This document shows positions 22,305-24,000 of a stretch of DNA of 24,000 nt, in pieces (the stretch's first letter is position 1; the number at the start of each line of letters is the position of its first letter). Below the pieces are notes generated by a model that was given only the letters and a program-made list of their open reading frames with translations, ran no database searches and was not told the origin of the DNA. Both the position numbers and the translations under genes were made by a program. This DNA comes from Candidatus Acidiferrales bacterium (GTDB taxonomy: Bacteria > Acidobacteriota > Terriglobia > Acidiferrales > UBA7541), in the NCBI GenBank assembly GCA_049514555.1, contig JBEKUY010000001.1, positions 58,923 through 82,922 of the forward strand, read 5' to 3'.

Positions 22305-23045
22305 TCAGCTTGACACCGGGATGTGGCTCCGGTCTTTGCTGAGTTGCAGGAACGTTGTCCAAGCAAGTTCAGCGTATCTCTCCGCGATGCGTTTAGTCGC
22401 CTTGGGAAGCACACGCCAGCCAACGTAACCAGCGCAAGCGAGCGAAAGACAACTGACCATGACGGCAGGGTTGAAGAACCCGGAGTGGGTCGTTGCACTG
22501 CGCCAAACAGCAACCACTATTGAGCCAACCGCTACGAAGGCCCACAGCATTCTTCCACCCAAAAGATTTCGGCAGAACCCGTATTCGATGTTGTTCTTTT
22601 GCCAAACCCCAGTGGGGTCAAAGCTGCGCAAGAAGCCGCGAACGCGCTCGAAGGCATCGGCGATGGCCTTGTCGGCACGGGCCGTGTCCTTCTTTTCCTC
22701 AGCGGGGGTAGGCAGCGATACAGCAAACTCCTGTCTCACCGCAGAGCGGATCGAATTCTTCAAATCCGCCCCGAAAAACGTGTCGCTGGAACGCATCAGT
22801 CTGGTCGACGGCGGTCCACCCCACTGTCTCCACAAAGCAGGTTCAACCTGCTGCCCTTCCGCTCGAATGACGTAACCCAGTCCATAGATCAGCGCAAGCG
22901 TGATGATCCCGCTGGCCGCGAATATCGGTAAACTGCTCAACGCCGGCATCACGTAAATCACATCGACCAAGGCTGGCAACGCGACAATCAGTCCCGGCGC
23001 AATCCGTGCCTTCAATTCGTACTCATCCAGAAATTTGTCCATCAT
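22305..23045 (-). CDS. integral membrane protein, 2+2 TM helices around a ~95-aa soluble loop (246 aa)
   Basis: MMDKFLDEYELKARIAPGLIVALPALVDVIYVMPALSSLPIFAASGIITLALIYGLGYVI ... MLWAFVAVGSIVVAVW...FFNPAVMVSCLSLACAGYVGW. ATG 23045 overlaps the upstream TGA (23042-23044) as ATGA. Confidence 0.75.
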   Translation of the reverse strand: MMDKFLDEYELKARIAPGLIVALPALVDVIYVMPALSSLPIFAASGIITLALIYGLGYVIRAEGQQVEPALWRQWGGPPSTRLMRSSDTFFGADLKNSIRSAVRQEFAVSLPTPAEEKKDTARADKAIADAFERVRGFLRSFDPTGVWQKNNIEYGFCRNLLGGRMLWAFVAVGSIVVAVWRSATTHSGFFNPAVMVSCLSLACAGYVGWRVLPKATKRIAERYAELAWTTFLQLSKDRSHIPVSS

Positions 23046-24000
23046 AGTCTTCCGGGTACCCCTCCAAACCATTCCGCGAACGGAGGTGGATCAGCGTTGC
23101 CTTTGAGCGGAATTGCTTCTCCGTAGTTAGAGCGGTACGGAACACCTCCGATCCAATACCACAAGTGACCTTGCGTGTGCGTGCTGAAGACCTTTGTCCC
23201 AACCTTTATCAAGCCATTCACGATTGCGCGATCTGGGTGGCTCGAATCTCCAACAGCAGACACGAAAGCAACTCTCGGGCAGAAACGTTCAATGTTCGCT
23301 TGTGAGAGATTTCCATCGCTGCCATGGTGTGGAACTTGCATCCACAACAGGTTCTTCCACAAGGAAGGCACCGCGTCCAGCGCCTCGGAACCTGCGTCCG
23401 CAGTGAATAAGAATTTGTTGCCGTTAAATTCCATGCCCAGAATGGCGCTCGTGTTGTTGAACGGTTGGGTTTTCGGATTTTCGTCCACGCTAGATTTGCT
23501 GAGTACACCCAAAAGCGTCGCCGATAGATCGAAGGCTGACGGGGTCTTCGGAGGTGGCGTTAACGGGCCAGCGAGGAACGAAAGAGGCAATGCTGGAGGA
23601 AAACTCGGTGGTGGAGACAGCATGCTCCTCAAGTAGCTCGTTGGCAGATGCGGCATCACTGGTGGGTACGACGGGGCCGGTCTTTGGGCAGCAGCAAGAG
23701 CCGACAGAAACGATCCATATGCAGGAACTGGCTCACCGATAGATTCCTCCAGCGCCTGTTTGTAAAAGTGTTGCGTCGGGCCCAGAACGGACAAACCGGG
23801 TAGGTGAGAAATAGTCTGCCCCGCGAATGGTTCCGGAGGCGTGATGTCGCGGCTGGCGAATGCGCTTGCCAACTCTCTCGTCGTTTCGAGCGCCTCTTTG
23901 ACGCCTTCGGCTTGTGATGAGTTCCCGGACGATGCACGGCGCAATGTATCTGCGCTCGCGTGCCTCTGCATATCGTGCATCCAGCCAAAGGTAATGGAGA
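23042..24000 (-). CDS. MBL-fold hydrolase of the ComEC/Rec2-related type with a proline-rich insertion, partial (N-terminus probably beyond the right edge)
   Basis: LSVLGPTQ ... NNTSAILGMEFNGNKFLFTADAGSEALD ... LWMQVPHHGSDGNLS ... RVAFVSAVGDSSHPD ... GTKVFSTHTQGHLWY follows the C-terminal half of ComEC-type MBL domains. No HxHxDH motif is present, and the frame stays open from 23980 to base 24000. An insertion of about 100 aa (AQRPAPSYPPVMPHLPTS...PPPSFPPALPLSFLAGPLTPPPKTPS) is Pro-rich. Confidence 0.75.
   Translation of the reverse strand, partial: SITFGWMHDMQRHASADTLRRASSGNSSQAEGVKEALETTRELASAFASRDITPPEPFAGQTISHLPGLSVLGPTQHFYKQALEESIGEPVPAYGSFLSALAAAQRPAPSYPPVMPHLPTSYLRSMLSPPPSFPPALPLSFLAGPLTPPPKTPSAFDLSATLLGVLSKSSVDENPKTQPFNNTSAILGMEFNGNKFLFTADAGSEALDAVPSLWKNLLWMQVPHHGSDGNLSQANIERFCPRVAFVSAVGDSSHPDRAIVNGLIKVGTKVFSTHTQGHLWYWIGGVPYRSNYGEAIPLKGNADPPPFAEWFGGVPGRL

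Noticed and set aside
1-24000. CRISPR arrays, rRNA genes, retron-type RT/ncRNA, transposase genes and long terminal inverted repeats
   Set aside because: I looked for regularly spaced repeats, RT or transposase motifs and rRNA-like conserved blocks and saw none. A by-eye scan cannot exclude short or degenerate elements.

Overview
This is a gene-dense, visibly GC-rich bacterial segment, and I read it as a composite defence/accessory island. I saw no rRNA, tRNA or CRISPR array by eye.

Modules from left to right:
1. A minus-strand triad of a winged-helix-like protein, a 3-TM mini-protein and a SIR2_2-type protein. The SIR2 gene is absent from the ORF track because it starts with TTG and runs off the left edge.
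2. An orphan 491-aa protein with a degenerate Mrr-like C-terminus.
3. A pair of overlapping ORFs that may be one frameshifted gene.
4. A split 'Mrr-like' pair: a standalone Mrr_N-type wHTH followed by a PD-(D/E)xK protein.
5. A minus-strand block with a 128-aa protein coupled to an AbiTii-domain protein, followed by a DUF4145 (HEPN-like) protein.
6. An Rx4H HEPN remnant.
7. Vsr and a C5-cytosine methyltransferase arranged divergently, with a candidate PD-(D/E)xK restriction enzyme convergent on the methyltransferase.
8. A TraB/Tiki-like protein.
9. An AIPR abortive-infection gene bracketed by an exact 17-bp direct repeat.
10. A DUF2779 (Cas4-like plus RNase-H-like) nuclease preceded by two small genes.
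11. A serine recombinase translationally coupled to an unknown gene, followed by Cys-rich cargo genes and an XRE regulator.
12. A lipoprotein pair and a SAM methyltransferase.
13. A minus-strand cluster in which an MBL-fold (ComEC-type) protein, open at the right edge, is ATGA-coupled to a 4-TM protein and followed by two small proteins.

All family calls come from motif recognition by eye. No searches were run. The best candidates for an undescribed system are the wHTH/3-TM/SIR2 triad, the MBL/4-TM cluster, the DUF2779 three-gene block, the split wHTH plus PD-(D/E)xK pair, and the 491-aa orphan.
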